A DNA stretch of 63,973 bases, counting the filler, from Octopus bimaculoides (Eukaryota): the NCBI RefSeq assembly GCF_001194135.2. It is 9 parts of 6 records of this genome, joined end to end, with 100 filler letters (N's around TTAATTAATTAA, not from the genome) between each part and the next. Parts side by side here need not be neighbours in the genome. Positions count along the whole stretch, not along the records: positions 1 to 13,494 come from NC_068999.1; positions 13,595 to 27,400 come from NC_068999.1; 7 more parts are not named here. One strand, given 5' to 3'. Under the pieces are notes generated by a model. The model was not told where the DNA came from. It searched no databases and saw only the letters and a list, made by a program, of their open reading frames with translations. This document shows positions 10,580 to 22,985 of the stretch, in pieces. Every line of letters begins with the position of its first letter. Position 1 is the stretch's first letter. The position numbers were made by a program, and so were the translations under genes.

Positions 10580-13312
10580 AGTTAGTCGGTGTTGTTTCTA
10601 ATATTGATTTTGTGAAGTAGCAAGTTGGATGGAGCTGCTCTTCTTTGCATCTCCTGCCACGATGTGGTTTTATGTGGTATCTCAGATAGAAACCTGTACA
10701 GACATTCCTTGAAAACTTCCACATCAACACCATGTAGATTTTTAAGGTTGCCAGGAAGGATGTTGAACAATTGTGGGCCTTTGATACATAGACTATTGCT
10801 GTACTGTGTTCTCATTTTAGATGGGGAAGACAGGATCTTTGGTATGATGCAATGCCGTCCCGTTTGTGAATTGATATAGCTGTCAATTCCAAAATTGGGA
10901 GTTAAACCCTCCAAGATCTTCCATATATCACCGCAAATCTCTCTCATCTTCTTTCCAGGGAATAGAGACTTCCTTCAGCCTCTCCCAGTAGCCCATCTTA
11001 TGCATCGAGTCAATCTTGTGTGGATTGGTGCTGGATTGCTTTGAGTTACACAGATTTTTGTTTCACACTCTCTGGAGATATAGTTGGGAGCAGTAGTCCA
11101 AGCGGCTGAGAACGAAATTCTTCCATAGGGGTAGCAGGGTTTCCCTTTACCTGGTTCTGAATGTTCTCAGAATCCAGCCAGCCACTCGCCTGCACACTGT
11201 TGCCATCTTGGTAATATGCATAAGGAATGTTGCATCATTGCACATATGTACCCTCAGGTCACACTCTGACTCTGGGATCATACCTTCTAGTCCAGTGTAT
11301 TCCAACTGTGGCTTGGTGTTGGATCAATAGTGGAGTGCCTGAAATTTCATAGCGCTGAACTGCACATTATTTTTGTTAGCCCATTTGTAGATTTTGTTCA
11401 GGTCTTTCTGCAGTTTTATATCCTCTGGGTCCCTAACTGCCTGTGATAATTTTTGTGTCGTCGGTATAACTGGTCAGATTGGCTTACTGTATCATGGAGG
11501 GCATATCTGAGAGGGCCACCAGAAATTGTAGTGGCCCCAGTACAGTACCCTATGGGACTCTGCTGAGAATTGCTGTCTCTTCAGAGTGAGCACCATTGGC
11601 TGCAACTATCTGATTCCTGCCCTTCAGAAAATCATGCAGCCACTCTCCCAGTTTCCTGGTAATATCAAAGTTTCGCATCTTGTGACATATGCCATGATCA
11701 ACATTGTCGAAAGCCTTGGCAAAGTTGAGGTAAATCACTTCTACAGCTGACTTGTTTAGCTGTTGCTTCAGTACCCAGTCAAAGTGCTGCAGCAACTGTG
11801 CGAGGCAACTTGTCCCTGGATGGAAGCCATGTTGCATGTTTGTGAGAAGGTTGTTTTCTTCTAGGAACATGATCAGCCTTTTTCTGACAATGTGTTCCAT
11901 TGTCCTGCTAGCATGTGAGGTCAAAGAGGGATGGACCTGTAGTTTTTAGCATCTGCTCTGCTCCCTCCTTTATGGACAGGGTATATTATAACCTCTTTTA
12001 CCATGCTGGGAAGAGTATCTGCAGTGGTTTTGCAAAAGCCTTTTTACACGACTTTAAGAGAACAGCTGAGAGTCCATCTGGGTCTGTTGCTGGGTTTGAT
12101 CTCATCTCATCAATGGCCAATATTATATCCTCTTCTGTTGGTTGCCTCTTTTCAGAATAGATTCATTACATTGAAAAACTCCTTCCGCTTGTTTATTTGC
12201 ATATTTTCCAGTGGAAAAGTGAAAACACTTTGGAATTGTATATTTAGCCCATCACTTATCTTCCCTGGGTCTGTAGTTAGTGAACCGTTTTTACCAAATA
12301 GTGGCTCTAGCTTATAGCGTACTGAGGCAGACACCTTTGCCAACATGTAGAAGGCTTTAGGATTTCTTTTTATATTTTTGACTGCCCAGGTATCTCTTCT
12401 CTTTCTTTTTCATGAGAGATTTTGAGTTTATTTTCTATCTCGAAGAGTTCCTTTGTCAGGTGGGATTTCACACTGTCATTAAAGTGTTTGTTTAAACAAT
12501 TCGAGATCTTTATTCTCCATCGCATGAGTATTCTCCTGTCTCGGGGAATGATCTTTTTGTGTGCATTGGCTCCCTTCTCTGGGACATATTTAATGTATAT
12601 GGCTCACATTATTGACATGAATTTATTGAGTTTATTTATATGTCTTGCATAGAGAGACTTTTAGGCCAGTCCTGCTGGAGTATCTGTTTTTCAAGTCACT
12701 TCCAATCAGCCTTATAGATATTTAGGCTGGATAGGGTTTGAGTGCCATCTGTGCAGAGTTTATCTTTAATTAATTCCAGGCCATACATTGTCACTTTTAT
12801 CATGTTATGGTCTGAGAATATTATTGGTGATATATCTATGTTGTGGATAATTTCCACATTGTTTGTAAAACAGAGGTCCAGGATATTTTTGTGCCTGGGT
12901 GGAGAGAGTATGATTTGCTCCATGAATAGCATTTTTGTAAGATTAAATAGAGATTCCGCTTGATTTTGCTATTTGTGCATCATTCCTGGGGTTATATTGC
13001 CCTCAGGCTACCTGATGTTTGAGAAGTTGAAATCACCCATCAGGAATATAGTAGTACGTTGATCCAATTCTGTTAGTACTTTCTTTATCACACTGAGGCT
13101 TTCCTCAAATTTTCCATCATGATTTGAGACATCAGGTGGGCGATATAACGTGCATATCACTATATCAAGTTGCTTTAGATATACTATGAGTGTGTCACAC
13201 ACTGAGTTCAAATTCGATAACAGGGTTAATGGTGTGACATCTCGGATGTAAATTGCACCTCCACCATGACTTCTTTTTGTCTGTACAGAAGATAGCATAC
13301 ATTGGTTCTTTT
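10580..13312 (-). mobile_element. CR1-group LINE ORF2 remnant (APE + RT), multiply disrupted
   Basis: APE: GGGAIYIR, YRPP, MGDFN, ILDLCFTN, SDHN. RT: QHGF, YLNFAKAFDNVDH, VP*GTVLGP, YTDDTK; C-terminal GPQLFNILP. Confidence 0.93.
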
Positions 13313-13353
<41 letters not shown>

Positions 13354-13356
<3 letters not shown>

Positions 13357-13494
13357 GCTTGGAGGAGAAGGGTGTGGAGGCTTAAAGACCCTGCAAATGG
13401 ACAGAGACTTAGAGACAAGTTACTTGAAGCATTTAACGAAATAGAAGGGGATATAGCATCATACAACGTGGAAGACAATTGGAGATTTCTGCGG
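13354..13494 (+). mobile_element. RTE-like LINE fragment (post-APE linker)
   Basis: RRVWRLKDPANGQRLRDKLLEAF..VEDNWRFLR. Confidence 0.55.
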
Positions 13495-13863
13495 NNNNNN
13501 NNNNNNNNNNNNNNNNNNNNNNNNNNNNNNNNNNNNNNTTAATTAATTAANNNNNNNNNNNNNNNNNNNNNNNNNNNNNNNNNNNNNNNNNNNNTCAATT
13601 CAACAAACAAATAATTAAACAAACGAATAAAAAACAAAGAGAGAAAAAAAACGAAAGGCGAAAAAAGAAAAAAGAGAAAGAACGAACGTGAGGGCACGCA
13701 GAAGAATTATATTAGTTTGACGCTCGGTGAAAGGAGAGAGTTTTTAACGTTTCGAGCATGGCTCTTCATCGGAAGGGAGAAATGGAAAAGTCTAGAGAAG
13801 GAGGAAACAAGAATATCGCCAATCGTCCCACGCGTGGTTACATTTCTGAAGTAGTGAATATAC

Positions 13864-13916
<53 letters not shown>

Positions 13917-14223
13917 TACATCTGTCCTCACATATATACTTACATGTATACATTCACCCTTACACTTATGCCTCTAGGCATACTCACTTACAGGTAATGA
14001 CTCATAAATACATATATATCCACAGATGTTTACATATATGTATATCACTTCATACATACATGCACACATTTATGTGTACGTGCTCATCTATGTATATATC
14101 TAAGTTTAGTTGTTGTATTCCATAGGACGTGTCAAATAAAACTGGACAATTTAATAAAACAATGAAACGAAACGACAATATAACATTGATACAAAATAAT
14201 ATCTTGCACGTCTTGCGTATGTC

Positions 14224-14333
<110 letters not shown>

Positions 14334-14378
14334 CGTGTGTCTGTGTGTGTCTGTGTCTGTGTGACACACACACACATA

Positions 14379-14975
14379 CAGGGTGCGATGGTAAATTGTC
14401 GTCATTTTATATTTTAATTTCGCGCATGCGGTTTGTTTGTTTTGATTTTGTCTACTACACAGTATGGTAGGGTCAGTTGAGCACCATCTCTGAGAAAAAC
14501 AGCACCATGACGCAATTCACTCTGCCAAAAATTTGGAAACGACATGCTGTACTGCTTGACACTCAGCTGTCAATCTGAGGACTGCGCAGAGGATTTGGAA
14601 AGATTTGAATTAATCTAATGGTGATTACGAAAGTACAGCAGCTCGGAAAACTCAATGTAGTCTTTCTGATAAGAAAAGTACTCCTGAATTTGTTGGTGAG
14701 ATCCAGGCCATGATTGACAAGGATACCTCCAAGTCAATCAGGTCCATTGCCAGGAACATGGGAGTGTCTGAGTTTCTTATTAGGCAGGTAGTTTTCCTAA
14801 TACAAGATGAGAAACTGACAATTTTTATCCTAAGACAAGAGGAAAGACCGCGCTACGAAGCTTCTGAACAAACTCAAGCATCCTATCCAACCAAACATGC
14901 TTTGGTTTTTCTCAGACGAGAAAAATTTCTGCCAGGATCAAATGATGAACACAGAACAACCTCGGAAATATGATT
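14379..14975 (+). mobile_element. Tc1/mariner-superfamily (maT/DD37D-like) transposon 5' part
   Basis: TA-CAGGGTGCGATGG terminus; TPEFVGEIQAMIDKDTSKSIRSIARNMGVSEFLIRQVV HTH region and LWFFSDEKNF first catalytic Asp. Confidence 0.8.
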
Positions 14976-15573
14976 GGAATGACGCAGGAAAGAACCTCAA
15001 GACTACAAAGAGAACGAATCCGTTTTCCAAGATAGAGACAAATACCACGAAGACATAGAATGATGTGCGGGGTATCTCCAACCAAACTTCCAAATTTTCC
15101 CTATATACCATGCAATAGAACAACTTTTGTACAACAACGGATAAGTAAAGAGGAAAAAATATCAACTGTGCCTTTTTAATCTACATGCAATCAATTTAAT
15201 TTCAAAAAAGGGGTAATTACATCCCCTCCGCCTCTAAAATGTATTTACTTTCCCATTCATTTACAAAATATTTGTTCTCCTAACATGAAATGAAAACTTA
15301 TGATAGTATTAAATTATAACATTAGCATTTACAACTTAGTCATGGTTAGTATAAGCGGTGGACTATGTAAATATTTTATTTCATAAAAAAATTTTTTTCC
15401 CCACATGAAATTTCTGTGCTTTTCCTTCTTTTTTTTTTATTTTTTACTACAATTCACCTCGTGGAAATCTTTTTCTTGAACTTCTTTACGATATATATAT
15501 CACAGTATTAATAAAATTGATGGAATAAAATATTTTATTTAGTACGACAATATCGAAAAAAACAACCTGATTT

Positions 15574-17165
15574 AAATCTCTGAGCGACAGAAATACAGTA
15601 ACAGTGCCGGATAGTAATGTTTATATACCAACATAACGTGACAGTCCTGTAAAGGACAATGATACTGTTGTTTTAGCCCCAGGAAAGCATATTTTCCAGC
15701 TGACTAACGACACGCAGTCTAGGGAGATCATCGCTCCTATCTCTAATCTTACGTGATACTTACAGACCTAGGTTTCTGAGCATAACTACAGATTTCTGCC
15801 CCCACCCGACTTTGAATGATCATAACTTTCAGAAAAATGGATATTTTACAATATAATTTTCTACGAATATGTATTATATCATGTAGATTCCAAATATATA
15901 ATTTGGGGGGAAAAGTGTTTTAGATGGGGAATTTCGGAAAATTCACCGGAGTCCAATTCGTCTTAACTTTCAAGAAAATTTTAATGAAATTCTCTACAAA
16001 TATACCTCGGACTATGTAGNNNNNNNNNNNNNNNNNNNNNNNNNNNNNNNNNNNNNNNNNNNNNNNNNNNNNNNNNNNNNNNNNNNNNNNNNNNNNNNNN
16101 NNNNNNNNNNNNNNNNNNNNNNNNNNNNNNNNNNNNNNNNNNNNNNNNNNNNNNNNNNNNNNNNNNNNNNNNNNNNACACACACACACACACACACACAC
16201 ACAAATATGTAATTTAAAAAGTTCAAACGGCGAATTATTCTATTCAGTATCATGTTTATTATAGAGATTATGTAATAAATTATACTTTACACTTCTATAT
16301 TTAACTGTGCGTGTATACGCCTTATTTTTGCTTCTGGTGTCTTCTGCCTTTTTATTAGAAACGTTTACGGGAGAATTTACTTCAGTGAAGAAAAATCGTA
16401 TGCAACAGATAAGTCGTCTTAACATTTTTTTTGTGTACCAGATCTTTAGCTGTTATTTTTAGCATAACGAGTTTTTTGGTGAGGGCTTCATTTGCCTTCA
16501 TTGCCTGTTTGTTGCTTCAGTAGAAATCTACGGATGCACAAACGCACAAAACGGAGAAAATGAAACAAATGTGGACGAAACACCCCCGAGTGAGGAACAG
16601 TTCTCAAAATAACCCCCAATTGTTTTCCCTCAAAATTCCTATGTCCTTGGAGTCTACATAGTCCGAGGCATATTTGTAGAGAATTTCATTTAAAAAATCC
16701 ATTTCCGGTGAATTTTCCGAAATTCCCAACCCACAGCCTCCTAAAACACTTTCCCCAAAAAATTTTGTATATTCGGAATCTACATGATATAACACATATT
16801 CGTAGAAAATCTCATTTAAAAATATCCATTTTTCTGAAAGTTATCATCCAAAGTCGGTGGGGCAAAAATCTGTAGTTACGCCAGTTTCTGAATGTTATCC
16901 GTCCTCAGAGTGAGACAATCACCAGCTAGTGACGAAAGCTATCTCCACTCGCAAATACTATATATTCTTTAAGCGATACGCAGTCGCTGATCACGTATTG
17001 AGAAAAACATGTTTTAAATCTCTGCGCGAGAGAAATACAGTAACAGTACCGGATAGTAATGTATATATGCCAACATAACGTGGCAGTCCTACATAGGATG
17101 ATGTTACTGTTGTTTTAGCCCCAGGAAAACATCTTTCCCAGCTGGCTAACGATACAGTCTGTGTC
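15574..17165 (-). repeat. Head-to-tail ~330-bp repeat with a hammerhead (retrozyme-like), interrupted by a DNA transposon
   Basis: AAATCTCTG.GCGA.AGAAATACAGTAACAGT occurs at 15574 and 17016; spacing is 330 bp after removing the 1112-bp insertion. Homologous to 32270-32570. Confidence 0.65.
15780..16883. mobile_element. Non-autonomous DNA transposon with long (>230 bp) imperfect TIRs and 8-bp TSD
   Basis: 15781-16018 and ~16650-16880 are inverted copies. GTTTCTGA is duplicated at 15772-15779 and 16884-16891. Confidence 0.8.
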
Positions 17166-17369
17166 TGTATATAGTTATATAGAAAAGAGTCATTTGTAGT
17201 ATTCCTGCCATTATTCTTTAATTTTCTATGCTTGATAACGTGAAAGAAAGCATCATTGATTATATTCTCCATTTAATTTTACTGTTAGTATCAGAAATTT
17301 TACTAAGAAATCTTAAAGGAAGTTTGAATTCATCGGAATCCCTGATTTGAATGACGACTCAATAAATTA

Positions 17370-17762
17370 TTTTACTTGTTTTAGTCATTTGACAGCGGCC
17401 ATACTGGAGACCCGCCTTTAGTCAAACAGATCAACCCCCTAGGACTTTCTTCTTTATAAACCTAGTACTTNNNNNNNNNNNNNNNNNNNNNNNNNNNNNN
17501 NNNNNNNNNNNNNNNNNNNNNNNNNNNNNNNNNNNNNNNNNNNNNNNNNNNNNNNNNNNNNNNNNNNNNATATATATATATATATAAATATATATATACG
17601 ACGGGTTTCTTTCAGTTTCCGTCTACCAAATCCATTCACAAGGCTTTGGTCAGCCCGAAGCTATAGTAGAAGACACTAACCCAAGTTGCCACGCAGTGGG
17701 ACTGCACCCAGAACCATGTGGTTGGGAAGCAAGCCTTTTACCACACAGCCACGCCTGCACCT
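17370..17762 (-). mobile_element. SINE family A (spans an N gap)
   Basis: Tail and tRNA-like head homologous to 6187-6576. Confidence 0.8.
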
Positions 17763-18608
17763 AGATGATTATTTTTATCGATTCTTCGATATTTAACATA
17801 ACAAAATTAAAATTATTCTGAATTATGTTGTATCAAGTAATATGAATTAATACTGTGCTTCAGTACAAAGGCAATAAACAGCCAAAGATACTCAGCAATA
17901 AATCCTAGAGGACATATTTCCGTCCAAAAAAAAAAAAAAAAAAGGAAACGTACAGAAGGAGGAAATTCCTACTTCATAGTTTGCGATAATTTGGAAGATA
18001 TTTTAGGAAGTTTGTATATTGCACTCACATTTGTATATTGCACTCAGCTGAAATAGTATAGAGGTAAAATGGGCAAAGATGTTTTATAGCGTCAAAATAT
18101 AAGAATTTAATAAAAAGAATAAGCAAACTTTTGAAGATAAAACAAGACACTCTTGGTTTATTATTAATTCTCTTTATCAAAACCTATCATATAGGATATA
18201 TAATAATATAAACTTATATCACTAAACGAGACATTTTGTTACCAGTGGTTAGTAGTTGGCTCAAAAGATGACCAACTGCCAGAAAGTTATGCATTAAACT
18301 GTTATTACATGTGAAGTTAGCAATAATTTCTGTTTCTAAACATAACTGGGCGTACTCCTAGATTTCGCATAATTCTACAAACTTGATATAGCATCTCAAC
18401 AGCATTATAATTATCTTTTTATGGTTTTATTTCCCCTTCCCCTCTTCTTTTCTCTCTTCCTTTATATATTTTCATGTATTTATTATATTTTATTCATTTT
18501 ATATTTCTTGACCATAATAATTTCATGCCCATTTTTTAATATTTCATTTCAGTCTGCTAGTTTGTCAAGCCTATATATATATTTCATGCGCGCACGCACG
18601 CACGTACA

Positions 18609-18688
<80 letters not shown>

Positions 18689-19289
18689 TTGTACATATGT
18701 GTATATACATAGGCAAATTTGTACGTGTGTACACACGTACTAGCGTAGCTAGTTGTTTTCCTTACATTAACCTGAGACGTATAATGATGTGTAGATAATT
18801 GTATATCCATGGGTGAAAGTGTTTCGGTATATGCAACATTTTTTTCTCACTCGGTACTTTTCGCCCGCGTGTGTGTCAGTCATAATAAACATGTTGAATG
18901 TATTTTGTAATCACACTTTGTTACAAGAAAGTTGTATATCAGGAAGTCTAATATCAGTAAAACCCTGTTCAAATAATTTTTGTATTTAAGTTTGTCTTAT
19001 TTTGTATTTTCCTTATTTTGTAGTCTACCGTACACTTGCCATACATTTGAATATACACGCAGTACACCTGCACGATGTTACGTACGAGTAGAAAATAAAT
19101 TGCTCCAAAAAATTTAAACCATTGTTCATCTTTGTTATCACGGTGGTGGTTGTGAACCCGCTTGCCTAGATTTCTGCACAAAGCAACAACAGTAGAAAAA
19201 AAACTTTGCAAAGGACTCCCAAGTCATTGAATAGGAGTTGAAAAGTAAAGTTGTGCCAGTGATTCATCTGAATAGTATAAGCTCTATTA

Positions 19290-20917
19290 ATGGCGGATCT
19301 CAAAAAAGACAGGACATTGTGTAAGAGAGCCTTGACATTTGAAATAAATTACAAGAAACAGTGCATTGCAGAAGATGCTTTAGATGCTCTTGTCGAGCAA
19401 AGAACAAAGATAAAACACCTGTTCAAAAGATTCACTGAGGCTCATAACGCTTTTCATAAAACACTAGATGAAGACGAGGTTGACGAAAGTGATAACTATT
19501 TCTACAGTGTGCAAACAGACTATGTAAATATTTTGTACACAGTAAAAAAAAATGCATTCAAAGACATAAAGCCCAAAACTTTACAAAGTGTGGTTGAAAA
19601 ACCCCTTGTTGAAGTCAAAGAGTCGCTTGCAAACTTACAAATGCCAAAAGTAGAGTTGGAAACCTTCAAGGGCGATCCGCTTATGTACCATTATTAAATC
19701 ATTTCAACTCAACGTTGATTCGATTTGTGCTGATAATGATTTCAAACCGACGCGTTTAATTCAGTATACACAAGGTCCCGCGAGAGATGCCATCAAGGAC
19801 TGTCTCTTAATCGGTGGTGAGGCGGGATATCAACAAGCACTTGCTATTCCCGAGAATAGATTTGGCAATTCCCACTTGGTAACTGAGGAAGTCCTCAATA
19901 ATCTGAAACAAAATAAACCAGTGAAAACACCAAATGAGTTACAGAAACTAGCAGACAATCTGAAAAATTCCGAGCTGATTTTGACAAAGCTAAACATGCT
20001 TCAAGAAGTGAATTCGCAATCTAACATTTTCAACATTGTTAACCGTTTACAACCTTATTTACAAATTAAGAGGCAAAAACGTGCTCTTAAATACAAAAGT
20101 TCCAAGGGCGATATCCTAAATTCAATTCTCTGATAGAGTTTACTGCTAAAGCTGCGTCAGATGTGAATGATCTCGTCTATGGTAAAATGATGATAAAGAA
20201 ACATCACGGTCATGCGCCAAAGACTGCTACTACTACAAGCTTGACTACTAGTGCTACTAGTCACAGAGACAGATACACCATACTGGTACTTATGCGAGTC
20301 CAGAGTCGGCATGTGTGTTGTGTAATAGACTTCATCGATTGTGGCATTGCCAAATGTTTCGGAGAATGACACCAAAAGACAGGTTAGGCCTTCTCATAGA
20401 ACGAAAATTGTATTATAATTGCCTTTTATCTAGTCACGATAGGACTAGATAAAATGTAGGAAACAATCTGTCTGTAATGTGGCAGGTTGTGGTAAAAAAC
20501 ACACTATGTACATCCATGTAAATGAAAATCCACCAAGTCAGGATAGTAATGTGTCAAATGCTAATATATCTGCTAGCACTGATTCAGTTACACACATGCC
20601 AGTTGTACGAATTAGAGTGAATGGTGGTATGAAAGTGTTTGTCCTGCTTGATAGAGGATCAAGTAATTCCTTTTGTACAAATAGTTTAGCGAATCGATTA
20701 AACTTGCAGGGTGAATCTTTGTCATATCATTTTAAATATATTGAACAAGTCTACATCTGGTAAGTCAGAAATGGTCAGTGCATCTTTATATACTGAAGTT
20801 GAGGATAGTTTAGGGATTTCTGGTGTACATGTGGTTGATGAAATCCCAGCAAAAACAACACAGATAGATTTAAGCAAATATGAACATTTTCGTGTAGGTC
20901 AAGATCATGCAGAAGCC
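19290..20917 (+). mobile_element. BEL/Pao LTR retrotransposon gag-protease remnant
   Basis: MPKVELETFKGDPLMY (BEL gag), GCGKKHTMYIH knuckle, MPVVRIRV..VLLDRGSSNSFC aspartic protease, VGQDHAEA; many stops and frameshifts; truncated by a microsatellite. Confidence 0.88.
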
Positions 20918-20950
20918 TTTATACATACATACATACATACATACATACAT

Positions 20951-21033
<83 letters not shown>

Positions 21034-21186
21034 GTATATAAATATAAATATTTCGTAAGACATTACGAGACTACTAACCTGGTGTAGAACACAGTATACG
21101 TATGTTTCAGAACGAAGTATTAGATGAGTATACAGCGGTAATAAGAAAAAGAGATGAAAAGTAAAGCAAAGGTTATGAACTTCATT

Positions 21187-21267
21187 AGCTTACAGCTGTT
21201 TCTGCTATAAGATGCAGTGGACTTTTAGCCGAGTACCTGGATAACATATCATAGCTTCGTCGGAGCC
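21187..21267 (-). ncRNA. Degenerate type I hammerhead-like motif
   Basis: GGCT-CCGACGA-A-GCTAT..ATAGC-A-GAAAC-AGCT-GTA-AGCT; one core substitution (CCGA for CUGA). Confidence 0.5.
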
Positions 21268-21843
21268 TCATATATGAAGTGCAATTTATTTGGAATAAAT
21301 GCGTTCATATGAGAGGTCTTCTCAAGGCGAGTGCTGCCATATCTGACGCTCTAACAAAACAACCACTTTAAGATCTATATAAAGATCGCCTGTTATCTTA
21401 TCTTTATTTTATCTATTGTTTTTTTCTTCTCGTTTTCTTGTTTAAACTAAGGGTGGTGAATTCCTCCGTTTCTCTCTAACACTTTAACTTAATTTATATG
21501 AGGGTTTTCATAAGTAGATAATTTTTTTTATATAATAATAATAGCGACGCAATATATCTTAATTCTGATGCTTACCTTTTACTGACCAAATCAATGTAAT
21601 GTTGTCCAGTCCCGCCCTTTTATACGTTGTGTATATAAAGAACGAATAGCTTGCGTATATTTAGAGTTGAACTGTTGATGTAACCATAGTGTTCAGATGA
21701 TCTAATGTGCAAGCTTTCTTTATTTGCATTAATTTGTAGACATACATTTGTATTGTATAATGTTGAACATACATATTAATGCAAACGTACCCATAATTTC
21801 TTTCATACTAAAATTTATACTACATGAGGAAGGTTGCGAAACG

Positions 21844-21920
<77 letters not shown>

Positions 21921-22167
21921 ATGTAAATTTGATTCTGTAATGTTTAGTTTTTCTTCTCGTAGTTAATAGTATGTTTATCAATAGCTAGAAAAGAAAATTA
22001 AATGCGTAGCCAATAAGTCAAACACAGTATAATGCTTGTTGAATAATCATCTTTTCAAAATAAAATTTGTCGCGTGCAGGATTTTAATTCCTTAATTAAG
22101 ACTTATTTAGCTTAGCACCTCATATTCACACATAAATGCACACACACAAACACACACACATACACAC

Positions 22168-22207
<40 letters not shown>

Positions 22208-22438
22208 TGAAATATATGTACATGTGCGTATCTTTAAGTATTTCATGGTAAGTTGTTTTTGATTTAATTTTAATTTTTCATTATAAATGAAATTTTGAAA
22301 ACGTTACCATATTTGATTTTAGTTGTCCCACTGATTCACTGAGCAACTAACTCGGTACAGATCAAACAAATCAAGAAACTTTGTTTTTACGGCAAGTGCT
22401 TTATTTTCCGTTTATACCTTTAGAGCACTACTACTTAA

Positions 22439-22950
22439 GATGCTGTTGGTTATGGCCGGTCAGAGAGTGACCACTGGTTTCGCGTCAATAAAATTCTTAA
22501 CAGTATAGGCGACTCGTCAGATTCGAAGGCCAGAGGCACATATTATCGCTACAACTGGAAGTAAAAAAGTTTTGGTCAGCTACGGTTGTGAGCAAAAAAT
22601 CCCGAAACGAAATTTTACTCTTCGATAATTTTCCTGGGCTGTATGGAGTTTAGATCGGTTCCAGTTGCACCTGAAAAGAATCAGCATACGGACGATTACT
22701 TTTCGCTTGTCAGCAAGCGAGAAATTTCAATCTTTTCAACATGAATTTCCTCTGATGAGAGCACCGACTAAAAATCTCTTTTCTGAAGTTTAAAAAGGTC
22801 TCCGGGTCAAGTGAGTTCTTCAGGATCCTTACTACTCTTTCCTACCTCCAGTTGTCGAGAAAATCATGTATGGTGAGTTGCTTATACTGCTTAGAACCTT
22901 ATAGGTGCGAAACCAATGGTCACTCTCTGACCGGCCATTACCAACAACTT
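22439..22950. mobile_element. MITE with ~55-bp TIRs and TTAA flanks (Kolobok-like ends)
   Basis: TGTTGGT.ATGGCCGGTCAGAGAGTGACCA.TGGTTTCGC is inverted at both ends. TTAA at 22435-22438 and 22951-22954; termini GA../..TT; a second internal inverted pair contains ACAACTGGA.GTA. Confidence 0.75.
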
Positions 22951-22985
22951 TTAAGTGTGTGTGGGGGGGGGGGGGTGCGCGCGCT

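Noticed and set aside
13539-13550. TTAATTAATTAA embedded in N runs (also at 27445, 29727, 35244, 49210, 51478, 53660, 62791)
   Set aside because: An identical 12-mer centred in gaps, with stops in all six frames, is an artificial scaffolding spacer rather than biology.
22758-22780. CTGATGAG inside the MITE
   Set aside because: No downstream GAAA or stems.
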